From Breznakia sp. PF5-3 (GTDB lineage: Bacteria > Bacillota_I > Bacilli_A > Erysipelotrichales > Erysipelotrichaceae): a DNA stretch of 32,000 nucleotides. Location of the stretch: contig NZ_JAQFIQ010000002.1 of assembly GCF_029504745.1 (NCBI RefSeq), positions 1 through 32,000 on the forward strand, given 5' to 3'. Each line of letters begins with the position of its first letter. The stretch's first letter is position 1. The notes beneath the pieces were generated by a model. The model was not told the origin of the DNA, made no database searches, and saw only the letters and a program-made list of their open reading frames with translations. This document shows positions 16,796 to 25,256 of this stretch, one piece after another. Position numbers and translations under genes: made by a program.

Positions 16796-17326
16796 ATGTT
16801 TAAAATAGGAGAATTTTCAAAGTTGACCCAAGTAACGGTAAGAATGTTGCGGTATTATGATGAGATAGATTTATTAAAACCATCAAAGATTGATGAAAAT
16901 AATGGGTATCGATTGTATGCAATTGATCAAGTTCCTGAGTTGCAAAAGATTTTAATGCTTCGTGATGCAAGATTTTCAATAAATGAAATAAAGGATATTA
17001 TGAATAATTGGGATAAGGATACATTGATAAATCATTTGGAAGATAAGGTAAAAGAAATAGAAAAAAATATTGCCATTGAAAAGAAGAGAAGTCGTGATAT
17101 TCAAAAATCTATTTCCGATATTAAAGAGTCTGATGATGAATTTCATTACGCAGTAAAGATTAAGCAAATACCTGCAATGAATGTTCTTTCTTTGAGAAGG
17201 ATAGTTCCTGATTTTTATGCAGAAGGAATATTATGGGCTGAGATATATAAGTATATTGAAGACATTGATGCTAGAATAAAAAGTGTACACATGAAAGAGA
17301 GAAAAACATCACATGGTATAATGTAA
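16796..17326 (+). pseudogene. MerR-family regulator with GyrI-like effector domain, 3'-truncated by IS insertion
   Basis: 'MFKIGEFSKLTQVTVRMLRYYDEIDLLKP' is the MerR HTH, followed by a coiled-coil linker and the start of a GyrI-like domain ('FHYAVKIKQIPAMNVLSLRRIV...ILWAEIYKYIED'). From ~17284 the frame runs into IS sequence and ends after ~15 unrelated codons. About 100 aa of the effector domain are missing. Confidence 0.7.
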
Positions 17327-17356
17327 AAAGACAATATATTACGAAAGGAAATGAAT

Positions 17357-17650
17357 ATGTCAAAAGGAAAACAATATACCAATGAATTTAAATTGGATGC
17401 AGTGAATTATCGATTAACTCATCAAGAACTAACAACAGCACAATGTGCAAACAACCTAGGAGTGGGTAAAAGTACATTATCAAAATGGATAGCAACCTTT
17501 AAAAATGAAGGCAGCATAGCCACAAGAGGTAGTGGGAATTATCAAAGTGATGAAGTCAAAGAAACCGCACGATTGAGAAAAGAATTAAAAGATACACAAG
17601 ATGCATTAAATATCTTAAAAAAAGCCATGGGCATACTGAGCAAAGACTAA
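17357..17650 (+). CDS. IS3-family transposase OrfA (HTH)
   Basis: 'YTNEFKLDAVNY', 'AQCANNLGVGKSTLSKWI' (HTH) and a leucine-zipper-like C-terminus. ATG 17357 is preferred over 17351 because of its spacing from AAAGGA. Confidence 0.85.
   Translation: MSKGKQYTNEFKLDAVNYRLTHQELTTAQCANNLGVGKSTLSKWIATFKNEGSIATRGSGNYQSDEVKETARLRKELKDTQDALNILKKAMGILSKD
17617..17623 (+). promoter_or_regulatory. Programmed -1 ribosomal frameshift heptamer A_AAA_AAA
   Basis: In the orfA frame the sequence reads TTA AAA AAA GCC. The -1 frame is open from 17623 into orfB (SHGHTEQRLTVAKYIAVKQTKSKDTSISVNSVLKKLGVSKSGYYKW..), giving an OrfAB fusion as in IS3/IS150-type elements. Confidence 0.75.
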
Positions 17651-17715
17651 CAGTTGCAAAGTACATCGCAGTTAAACAAACAAAAAGTAAAGATACATCA
17701 ATTTCTGTTAACAGT

Positions 17716-18528
17716 GTGCTCAAAAAATTAGGTGTATCAAAATCTGGGTATTATAAATGGTTAAAAAGAAACCCAAGTAAACAACAATTAAGAAAAGAAG
17801 AACTAAAAGAAAAAATCAAAGAAATTCATGAGAATTCATATAACATATATGGATCACCAAAAATTTCAGAAATACTAAAGCAAACAGGAGAAGTTATTTC
17901 ACAAAGAACAGTGCACCAGTGTATGAAAGAATTAGGAATTCAAGCGCATTATATAAAACCATGGATAAAAACGACAGTAAATGGTGATTATTCAAGTAAA
18001 TTAGAGAACATCTTGAATCGACAATTTAATCCAAGCAAACCAAATGCAGTATGGTGTACAGACATAACCTATATATGGACAAAAGAGGGATTTGTGTATC
18101 TAACAAGTATAATGGACTTATATTCAAGAAAAATCATAGCATGGACATTAAGTGAGAGCATGGAGGCAGAAACCGTATTACAGTGTTTACAACGAGCAAT
18201 AAAGGAAAATCCAAGTGTAGAAGCAAGAGTAATTCAAAGCGATCGAGGAGCACAGTTTGTGAGTGAAATATATAAGAAGATTTGTGGGAACATGACAAGA
18301 AGTTATTCAGATAAAGGTGTGCCATATGACAATGCTTGCATAGAATCATTTCATTCGCTAATCAAACGAGAATGGTTAAATCGGCATAAGATAGAAAATT
18401 ATAATCATGCGTATATACTAATATTTGAATATATAGAAGCATTTTATAATACTGTACGAATCCATTCGCATTGTGAATACAAATCACCAAATGAATATAT
18501 AAATATGTATTATCGAAAGTTAAATTAG
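17716..18528 (+). CDS. IS3-family transposase OrfB (rve/DDE integrase domain), expressed as an OrfAB fusion
   Basis: 'VSKSGYYKWLKR' is present. The DDE triad candidates are 'WCTDITY', 'QSDRGAQF' and 'ACIESFHSLIKRE'. The frame is -1 relative to orfA and open back to 17623. Confidence 0.88.
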   Translation: MLKKLGVSKSGYYKWLKRNPSKQQLRKEELKEKIKEIHENSYNIYGSPKISEILKQTGEVISQRTVHQCMKELGIQAHYIKPWIKTTVNGDYSSKLENILNRQFNPSKPNAVWCTDITYIWTKEGFVYLTSIMDLYSRKIIAWTLSESMEAETVLQCLQRAIKENPSVEARVIQSDRGAQFVSEIYKKICGNMTRSYSDKGVPYDNACIESFHSLIKREWLNRHKIENYNHAYILIFEYIEAFYNTVRIHSHCEYKSPNEYINMYYRKLN

Positions 18529-18831
18529 AAAGTGTCTACGTTTAAGTTGTCCACTTTCTTGACATAGTACCAGCAGAGGCAAGAGCAGCGATGTAGTTAG
18601 AATAATTATGAATATCAGAAGAAAGATTTAGTGGGAATGATAAAGAGTCATGAAGATTAGAAAAATCAGAAAAATGAGAATTGATAATGTTGGAGTTAAA
18701 GAAATGTGATAAAATGTTCATGTGATATATACCTTTCATTTAAAATTGTTTTTTGTCGAACTTAATTTTATAAGGATATATCACTTTTTTCAATTCCACA
18801 CTTATTTTACACTAACAAATAAAAAGACGGT

Positions 18832-18861
18832 TTGACAATCAAAATTCGTTTGGGTTACAAT
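18832..18861 (+). promoter_or_regulatory. Promoter of the PRD-regulator gene
   Basis: TTGACA (18832-18837), 18-nt spacer, TACAAT (18856-18861). Confidence 0.6.
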
Positions 18862-18920
18862 GAGGTCAAGATAGATAATAAAAAACAAGAGAAATGAAGA
18901 GATAATAAGAGGTGAGAGCA

Positions 18921-20942
18921 ATGATGGAATTGGAGGCACGGTGTCAAGAATTGCTAAATAAGCTTTTGATGAGTGAGGATTATATTAAAATTCAGGATGT
19001 TGCAAAAGAAAATAATATTTCAAAGCGAAGTGTTTATTATGATTTATGTAAGATAAACGACTTTTTGAATGCGTATAAGATTCCGGAAGTGAATTTGGAA
19101 AGAAGCAAAGGGATATATTTATCTGATGATCAAAAGGATAAGATTCATAAAATAGTAAAAGCTTTACCAGTGCAAGAAAGTGTGTATTTTTCCCCGATGG
19201 AGAGAGTTAAAATTATTATTTGTACAATCGTAATTCGTAAACATCCATTGTTTATTGAAGATTTTATGAATTATTGTAAAGTTTCAAGAAATACAATTAT
19301 TAATGATTTAAAGGTTGTTTCATCTAAATTGAATGAATATGGGTTAACTTTACATTATGAAAATAAAATTGGTTATTTGATTCAAGGAGATGTAATTCGT
19401 AGTAGAGCTTTGTTCTTTTTGTTTTTTCCTGAATTAGCAGAGTTTTATCGTAATGGTTTATTACCAATTGATACAGATTCGGTAGATAGTAATTTACAAA
19501 AGTTGGATTATATTGAAAAGACGTTGGATACAAAGTTTGTGGAAGAGACACTATTGGCATTAGCGAATTTTATTCCTGTTTTAGAAGAAAGTGAAGATGA
19601 ATTAAGTTTTAGTGATGTAGATAAGAATACGATTACGAATTCTTATGAATATAAATTGGTGAATAAGAAATTTTCAGATTTAAAGATTGATGAGAAGATA
19701 TATCTTACGCTGCATTTGTTAGGCTCTAGATTACAATCTTTACCATTTGATGTTATGAATGTTGATGAGGATCAAGAACCTTATGAATTGGCAAAAGCAC
19801 TTGTAAGTGAATTTAGTAGGATTGCATGTGTAGAATTTGATAATGTAGAGGAAATAGAGCGAAGTTTATTTGTGCATTTAAAATCTTCTCTATATCGTTA
19901 TCGGTATGGGATTCAATTGGGAAATCCTTTGATTGAGGATATAAAGATTCAATATCCAGAATTATTTGATCTTACTAAAAAAGCGGTGGAGTATTTAATC
20001 CAACAGATAGGAGTTCCAATCAATGATAATGAAATTGCCTATCTTACATTACATTTTGGAGCATATATAACACCAAATCAAAATGAGGAACAAATGAATA
20101 TCCTTATTGTTTGTCCGAATGGTTTATCAACAGGAAATATGTTACGTGGTGAAGTTAGTGCTTTAGTACCTCATGCAGATAGTATAGATGTTGTGTCTTT
20201 AAGTGAGTATGAAGATTTGAAAGATAAATACGATGTTGTTATCAGTACGGTATTGTTGGATGATCATCCTAATAGTATGCTCGTGCATCCTATTTTGACA
20301 GATGCAGATCGAATTCAAATTTTAAAGAAATGTATGCGGACGACGATAAAAACACAGATGAGTACAGAAGATATTTTTGATGTAGTTAAAAAATATGTGG
20401 ATGAAGATAAACAGATGGTATTAAAGGAAGATATTAAACGATATGTCGATAGTTTGAATACGGTTCAATATCATCCACTAAAAGATAATAGTAAGGGATT
20501 AGTAGATTACTTGAATGAGGATACGGTTTGTTTTTGTGCAGAAGATATTGATTGGAAAAAAGCAATTCATTTTTCTGGTAAACCATTACTTGATAAGAAT
20601 AAGATTGAGTCTCGCTATATAGATGCAATGATTAATCAAACAAGGTTGTTGGGACCATATATGTTTATTACTAAGGATGTTGTTTTAGCACATGCGAAAA
20701 CGGAAGATGGTGTTAATGAGTTAAGTTTATCGATGGGCTTGTTTGAAAAAGAAATATTATTTCCAAAAGATAAAAGTGCAAAGATTATATTAGTGCTTGC
20801 TGCTGAAGATCAGGTAAAACATTTAAAAATATTAAAAGATATTATGAAAATTTTCTCAAATGATAACTATAAAAAAACGTTGTTTACAACAGATTCGTAT
20901 GAAGAAGTCATGCAAGAGATTAAAGCTTTATTAATGGCATAA
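18921..20942 (+). CDS. PTS-controlled transcriptional activator (HTH + 2 PRD + EIIB-like + EIIA-like; MtlR/LicR/ManR-type, BglG family)
   Basis: HTH 'IQDVAKENNISKRSVYYDLCKIN', PRD His regions 'YLTLHLLGS' and 'AYLTLHFGAY', EIIB-like 'ILIVCPNGLSTGNML', C-terminal EIIA type-2-like 'VLAHAKTEDG'. I place the start at ATG 18921 (AAGAGGTG upstream), while the track begins at GTG 18912. Confidence 0.88.
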   Translation: MMELEARCQELLNKLLMSEDYIKIQDVAKENNISKRSVYYDLCKINDFLNAYKIPEVNLERSKGIYLSDDQKDKIHKIVKALPVQESVYFSPMERVKIIICTIVIRKHPLFIEDFMNYCKVSRNTIINDLKVVSSKLNEYGLTLHYENKIGYLIQGDVIRSRALFFLFFPELAEFYRNGLLPIDTDSVDSNLQKLDYIEKTLDTKFVEETLLALANFIPVLEESEDELSFSDVDKNTITNSYEYKLVNKKFSDLKIDEKIYLTLHLLGSRLQSLPFDVMNVDEDQEPYELAKALVSEFSRIACVEFDNVEEIERSLFVHLKSSLYRYRYGIQLGNPLIEDIKIQYPELFDLTKKAVEYLIQQIGVPINDNEIAYLTLHFGAYITPNQNEEQMNILIVCPNGLSTGNMLRGEVSALVPHADSIDVVSLSEYEDLKDKYDVVISTVLLDDHPNSMLVHPILTDADRIQILKKCMRTTIKTQMSTEDIFDVVKKYVDEDKQMVLKEDIKRYVDSLNTVQYHPLKDNSKGLVDYLNEDTVCFCAEDIDWKKAIHFSGKPLLDKNKIESRYIDAMINQTRLLGPYMFITKDVVLAHAKTEDGVNELSLSMGLFEKEILFPKDKSAKIILVLAAEDQVKHLKILKDIMKIFSNDNYKKTLFTTDSYEEVMQEIKALLMA

Positions 20943-20947
20943 AGATA

Positions 20948-20992
20948 AGTCCAACCGTTGCACGAGGAGAATGCAAAAGTTGGACTTTTTTT
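20948..20992 (+). terminator. Intrinsic terminator after the regulator gene
   Basis: agtccaac (20948-20955) pairs with gttggact (20979-20986), with an inner ttgca/tgcaa helix, followed by T7. Confidence 0.7.
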
Positions 20993-21041
20993 ATTTCTTT
21001 AAAACATATACAATAGAGTTGTGAGAAAAGGAGACATTTCT

Positions 21042-21698
21042 ATGAACAAATTAATCGATCATACATTATTAAAAGCAGACGCAACACAAGAGCAAATTCA
21101 AGTGTTATGTGAAGAAGCGAAAAAATATGATTTTGCAAGTGTATGTGTAAACTCTTATTGGGTATCTTTCTGTGCTGAGCAGTTGGCAGGAAGTGATGTG
21201 AAAGTATGTACAGTAGTAGGTTTTCCATTAGGTGCTATGGCAAGTAAGGCGAAAGCTTTTGAATGCAGTAATGCGATTGCTGATGGAGCTAAGGAAATTG
21301 ATATGGTTATTAATATTGGTGAGTTAAAAGCCAAGCACTATGATGCAGTGAAAAAAGATATTGAAGGGGTTGTAGAAGCAGCAAAAGGCAATATCGTAAA
21401 AGTAATTATTGAAACATGTTTATTAAGTGATGAAGAAATCATTAAGGCAAGTGAGCTTTGTGTGGAAGCAAAAGCACATTTTGTTAAGACGAGTACAGGC
21501 TTCAGTAATGCAGGAGCAAATCCACGGGTTGTGAAACTAATGAGCGATACAGTAAAAGGAAAGGCTAAAATCAAAGCTGCTGGTGGAGTCCGCTCAAAAG
21601 CTGATTTAGATGAGATGGTAGAAGCTGGAGCGAATCGTATTGGGACAAGCTCAGGTGTGAAGCTGATGGAAGGAACAGAAAGTAAAGAAGGATATTAA
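21042..21698 (+). CDS. deoC: Deoxyribose-phosphate aldolase
   Basis: 'IDHTLLKADAT', 'VCTVVGFPLG', 'EIDMVINIG', 'VKVIIETCLL', Schiff-base Lys region 'HFVKTSTGF', 'KAAGGVR'. The start is ATG 21042 (AAAGGAGA RBS), not GTG 21021. Confidence 0.9.
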   Translation: MNKLIDHTLLKADATQEQIQVLCEEAKKYDFASVCVNSYWVSFCAEQLAGSDVKVCTVVGFPLGAMASKAKAFECSNAIADGAKEIDMVINIGELKAKHYDAVKKDIEGVVEAAKGNIVKVIIETCLLSDEEIIKASELCVEAKAHFVKTSTGFSNAGANPRVVKLMSDTVKGKAKIKAAGGVRSKADLDEMVEAGANRIGTSSGVKLMEGTESKEGY

Positions 21699-21722
21699 AA
21701 AGCAACAAATTTGTTGCTTTTT
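21697..21722. terminator. Bidirectional terminator (deoC / convergent lysR-like gene)
   Basis: aaaaagcaaca / aatt / tgttgcttttt: a perfect 11-bp stem with A- and T-runs on either side. Confidence 0.75.
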
Positions 21723-22580
21723 ATTTGTCCTCTATAAGCGATAAGAATGTTTTAAAGGGAATACTTTGATATTTGTTTTTATGATATACAATCCAATTAT
21801 GGTTTACTAGGGTTGTATTTTTTATTTGGAAAGAATGTAGAAGCGGGTTATTTTCAATTAGGTGGTGAGGTAATAAACTAACTCCTAAATTTGCTTCTAC
21901 AGCTTTTATAATGGCTTGGGAATTGGTGCTTTCCATCATTGGGTTTGCACGCTTTTCAAGGGTTCCTAAAGAATTGTCAAACACATCACGAATGGCACTT
22001 CCTTGTTCACGTAAAATAAGGGTTTCGTTTAGAAAGTCTTCAAGTGCAATGTTTGTTTGCTTGGTGAAATGATGTTCTAAAGAACAGATTGGGGCAAGTG
22101 TATAGGAAGATAAAGGGATGGATATAAAATTGGTATTTGGTTGAATGCCTTCATAAAGAGCAATATCGATTTCATTATTATTTAAAGCATTCATAATGGT
22201 TTTGGCACTTGCTATTTTCAGATGAATGGGAGCCGTACTTTCTTGTTTGAATGTTTTGATAATGGTTGGTAATTGCGTGCAAGCAATTGTGATACAAGAT
22301 CCAATACGAAGTGGTATTTCTTTCTCAATTGTAGTTGGACTTTTTTTAGATCATCATAAGCCGAAAGTAAAGGTGTTACCTTTTTTAAAAATTCTTTTCC
22401 AGCTTCAGTGATTTTTATTTTCTTACCAATTCGATCAAATAAAACTAATCCTGTTTCTTTTTCTAAATCTTTAATAGCAGCGGAAACTGCAGGTTGGGAA
22501 ATATATAATTGTTTTGCACTCAAAGTTATATTTTCATTTTTTAATACTTCATAAAATATTTTCAGATGACGAATGTTCAT
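21721..22580 (-). pseudogene. LysR-family transcriptional regulator interrupted by a 1-nt frameshift
   Basis: ORF 22218-22580 carries the LysR HTH ('ITLSAKQLYISQPAVSAAIKDLEKETGLVLFDR'), and ORF 21721-22194 carries the substrate-binding domain. After 'YDDLKK' the LysR-like sequence ('SPTTIEKEIPLRIGSCITIACTQLPTIIKTFKQE..IHLKIASAKTIMNALNNNEIDIALYEG') continues in the other frame. The switch is at the A7 run (T7 on the + strand, 22341-22347). The total span of 860 nt is 1 nt short of 287 codons. Confidence 0.8.
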
Positions 22581-22677
22581 AGTTCCTCCATATAAGTAAA
22601 TGATTATGTATATGATAAAATTATAATATTTTAATTATCCATTAACAACCCCTATACTTAAGTGTGAGAGGTGAATA

Positions 22678-23226
22678 ATGAAAAAGTATTTATGGTTGTT
22701 TCTGGTGAATTTGTGGATTAGTACTTTTACGTTTGGTGGTGGGTATATTGTGATTCCAATGATTCGTAAATTTTATGTTGAGCAACATCATTATTTTGAT
22801 GAAGAAGAATTGTTGTATCTTTCAACCATCGCACACTCATCTCCTGGTGCAATTGCTATCAATATCGTTGCTCTTACAGGTTTGCATGTTGCTGGAGTAA
22901 TAGGTTTGATTATAAGTTGTATTGCGGCAATATTGCCACCATTCTTTATTATCTTTGCAATATATACAATATATGATTTGCTTATAGCAACACCAATGAT
23001 TGTAATGTTGTTACAGGGAATGCAGTATGGTGTGGTTATTATTATGCTGGATTTTGTAATTGATTTATGGAAATCGCTTAGCAAAAAGGGAGATGTAGTG
23101 TTATTGGTTCTTGTGATTGTGACGTTGTTTTTAAGTGTATATATGCAGCTTCATATTTTATGGATTTTAACTTTGTATATCCTATTTATTATTTTTGATG
23201 TTTTACGAAAGCAGCGAAGATTATGA
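22678..23226 (+). CDS. chrA: Chromate transporter (CHR) family protein, short-chain half 1
   Basis: 'TFGGGYIVIPMIR' is the CHR motif, in a hydrophobic 182 aa protein. Divergent from the lysR-like gene. Confidence 0.85.
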   Translation: MKKYLWLFLVNLWISTFTFGGGYIVIPMIRKFYVEQHHYFDEEELLYLSTIAHSSPGAIAINIVALTGLHVAGVIGLIISCIAAILPPFFIIFAIYTIYDLLIATPMIVMLLQGMQYGVVIIMLDFVIDLWKSLSKKGDVVLLVLVIVTLFLSVYMQLHILWILTLYILFIIFDVLRKQRRL

Positions 23227-23768
23227 TGATTTTATTAGTTACATTATTCGTTCGTTTCTTACAGATTGGTACTTTAAGTTTTGGTGGAGGCTATGCAGTA
23301 ATTCCTCTTATTCAAGAATTGATTCTTGATGATTTAGGTTGGTTATCAAACCAACAATTTATAGATATAATTACGATTTCGCAACTAACTCCTGGACCTT
23401 TAGCAATAAATATATCTACCTTTGTTGGGATTAAAAGTAGTGGTATATTAGGTGGTGTTGTGGCAACGATAGGTTGTATTTTACCAGGGGTGTTAATTGC
23501 TGTATGTTTATATATAAATATAAATAAATACAAGGATAGCATATGGGTAAAAAGAGGGCTGGAAATTCTACAAGCATTTACACTTGGGTTGATCTTAGCT
23601 GCTGTTGTATCGTTGTTTTCTTCACTTGAAAATACAGGAACTAGTATAGTTTTTATTTTGATTATATTGAGTATTGGTTTATTTGTATATCGCAAGTATT
23701 CTATCAATCCTGTCATCTTTATTCTTTGTTTTGGTTTAATAGAGAGTATTTTATATAGCTTTTTTTAA
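23223..23768 (+). CDS. chrA: Chromate transporter (CHR) family protein, short-chain half 2
   Basis: 'SFGGGYAVIPLIQ' and 'ISQLTPGPLAIN' are present. The start overlaps the upstream stop (ATGA), the paired-half arrangement of the B. subtilis YwrA/YwrB type. Confidence 0.85.
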   Translation: MMILLVTLFVRFLQIGTLSFGGGYAVIPLIQELILDDLGWLSNQQFIDIITISQLTPGPLAINISTFVGIKSSGILGGVVATIGCILPGVLIAVCLYININKYKDSIWVKRGLEILQAFTLGLILAAVVSLFSSLENTGTSIVFILIILSIGLFVYRKYSINPVIFILCFGLIESILYSFF

Positions 23769-23853
23769 AAAACATATTACAATGAAAAAGAGCACTGTCA
23801 GATAAGCTATCATTTTAAGAATATGATATTTTATAGATGAGAGGTATAGACTT

Positions 23854-24765
23854 ATGCACGCATGGGAATCAATACAAATAACAATTAATTATATAGAAGA
23901 TCATTTATGTGATGAAATCAAGATTGATAAATTAGCAAGCCTTGCTTGCTTATCAACATTTTATTATCAACGTCTTTTTAAACGTTTGGTGAAATGTTCA
24001 CTTCAAGAGTATATGAAATATCGTCGTTTAGCAGTATCTTCAAAAGCGTTATGTGAAAGTGATGCACGTATTATTGATATTGCAGTGAAGTATCAATTTT
24101 CCAATCATGCTAATTATTCAAGAGCTTTCAAAGAAGTGTATGGTGTAACCCCTGATGAATATCGAAAACATCAGCTTCCATTAAATCATTTTGTTAAGCC
24201 TGAATTATTGTTGAATTATGTAATGATGGATGAAGGTATTCCATTGATTAGTGATGAAATGGTAATTGAGATAACACGAAAGAAATTTGATAAAGAGCGT
24301 TATTTTGTAGGTATTGAGCAAGAAGTTGAAGTAAGTGAATTAATGAGTCCACAAACAACAGGTGTTTCCACAATCACGTATTTGTGGGAGGAATTAGGTA
24401 AAAGGGTGAATGATATACCTTACAAACGAAAAGATGGCAATGACTTTGGTGTCCTATATATGGGGAATGCTAGAGAAGGAAATTGTATGTATATGGCAGG
24501 AGTAGAAGTTGATCGTTATGTAGAAGTAAAAGGATTTAAAACCTTTGTCTTACCAATAAAGGAATATCTGGTAACTGGATTTGAAGCAGAAACCTTTGAT
24601 GAGTTAGTAAATAGTGCTATCAATAAAGCTGATGCATTTACTGCACGTTGGATGGAAGAACACAATTTGGTTGGCGTTGGTGGCTTTGCTGCTGAATTAT
24701 ATTATCCACCCACTGAACAATCTGCATATTTAGAACATTTGGTATGTTTTAAGGAAAAGGAGTGA
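23854..24765 (+). CDS. AraC-family transcriptional regulator with C-terminal GyrI-like effector domain
   Basis: N-terminal double HTH ('IDKLASLACLSTFYYQRLFKR', 'IIDIAVKYQFSNHANYSRAFKEVYGVTPDEYRK'), followed by a ~190 aa GyrI-like/SOUL-type domain. Confidence 0.85.
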   Translation: MHAWESIQITINYIEDHLCDEIKIDKLASLACLSTFYYQRLFKRLVKCSLQEYMKYRRLAVSSKALCESDARIIDIAVKYQFSNHANYSRAFKEVYGVTPDEYRKHQLPLNHFVKPELLLNYVMMDEGIPLISDEMVIEITRKKFDKERYFVGIEQEVEVSELMSPQTTGVSTITYLWEELGKRVNDIPYKRKDGNDFGVLYMGNAREGNCMYMAGVEVDRYVEVKGFKTFVLPIKEYLVTGFEAETFDELVNSAINKADAFTARWMEEHNLVGVGGFAAELYYPPTEQSAYLEHLVCFKEKE

Positions 24766-24769
24766 TTAT

Positions 24770-25186
24770 ATGGAATGGCATGAATTATATCCACCAAATA
24801 ATGAACCAAGTATAAAGGAAATCAGCAACTATATTAACAATCCTTTATGGGATACTTTGGATGTATTATTGGTGAGTGAGAAGAAAGCAAAACGGAAAAT
24901 AGAATATAGTGGATGTTCTTTGAAAGGATGGAATATCAAATATAAGAAAAAGGGTAAGAATCTATGTACCATCTATCCTTATGAAAAGTATTTTAAATTA
25001 TTGGTGGTGGTTCCAGAAAAAGAGAAAGAAGAAGCTGATTTACTTATTGATCTTTGTGGTGACAATGCGAAAGAGGCATATAAGAAATATGATTTTTTCA
25101 ATGGTGGCAAATGGATGATCATTGATATTGAAAAAGAAGGTGATGTTAAAGATGCTCTTGAATTTATAGCTTTAAGAGAAATATAG
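24770..25186 (+). CDS. Small conserved hypothetical protein (DUF3788-like)
   Basis: 'PSIKEISNYINNPLWDTL', 'GWNIKYKKKGKNLCTIYP' and 'FKLLVVV' match my recollection of DUF3788. No search was run. Coupled to the AraC gene by a 4-nt gap. Confidence 0.45.
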   Translation: MEWHELYPPNNEPSIKEISNYINNPLWDTLDVLLVSEKKAKRKIEYSGCSLKGWNIKYKKKGKNLCTIYPYEKYFKLLVVVPEKEKEEADLLIDLCGDNAKEAYKKYDFFNGGKWMIIDIEKEGDVKDALEFIALREI

Positions 25187-25210
25187 AAAGAATGCAAGGC
25201 ATTCTTTTTT
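25187..25210 (+). terminator. Intrinsic terminator
   Basis: aaagaatgc / aag / gcattcttt followed by a T-run to 25210. Confidence 0.7.
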
Positions 25211-25256
25211 CAATTTGTTGTATGGTATAATGTTTGTATGCATTGGAGGAAAACAG

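Larger units (their letters stand above)
17284..18564 (+). mobile_element. IS3-family insertion sequence (orfA/orfB with programmed -1 frameshift), ~1.28 kb
   Basis: Two-ORF transposase organisation. The proposed ends are TGTACAC.. (17284) and ..CTTGACA (18564), giving TG...CA termini, with only loosely matching inverted repeats (shared TGT..GAAAG..GA.AAC). The boundaries are approximate and I could not identify a target-site duplication. Confidence 0.7.

Noticed and set aside
18542-18739. 65-aa minus-strand ORF adjacent to the IS right end, considered as a real small gene
   Set aside because: Low-complexity Ser/Asn/His-rich sequence, a weak RBS, and its last codons read into the IS terminus. 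It is at best a gene remnant. I mention it only as context for the IS finding.
21721-22580. Treating 21721-22194 and 22218-22580 as two separate genes
   Set aside because: The two ORFs are the substrate-binding and HTH halves of one LysR protein. The intervening LysR-like sequence is readable in the shifted frame across the homopolymer.
22791-23716. Antisense ORFs 22791-23084 and 23312-23716 within the chrA genes
   Set aside because: These are mirror-frame artefacts of hydrophobic membrane-protein genes, with no independent signals.
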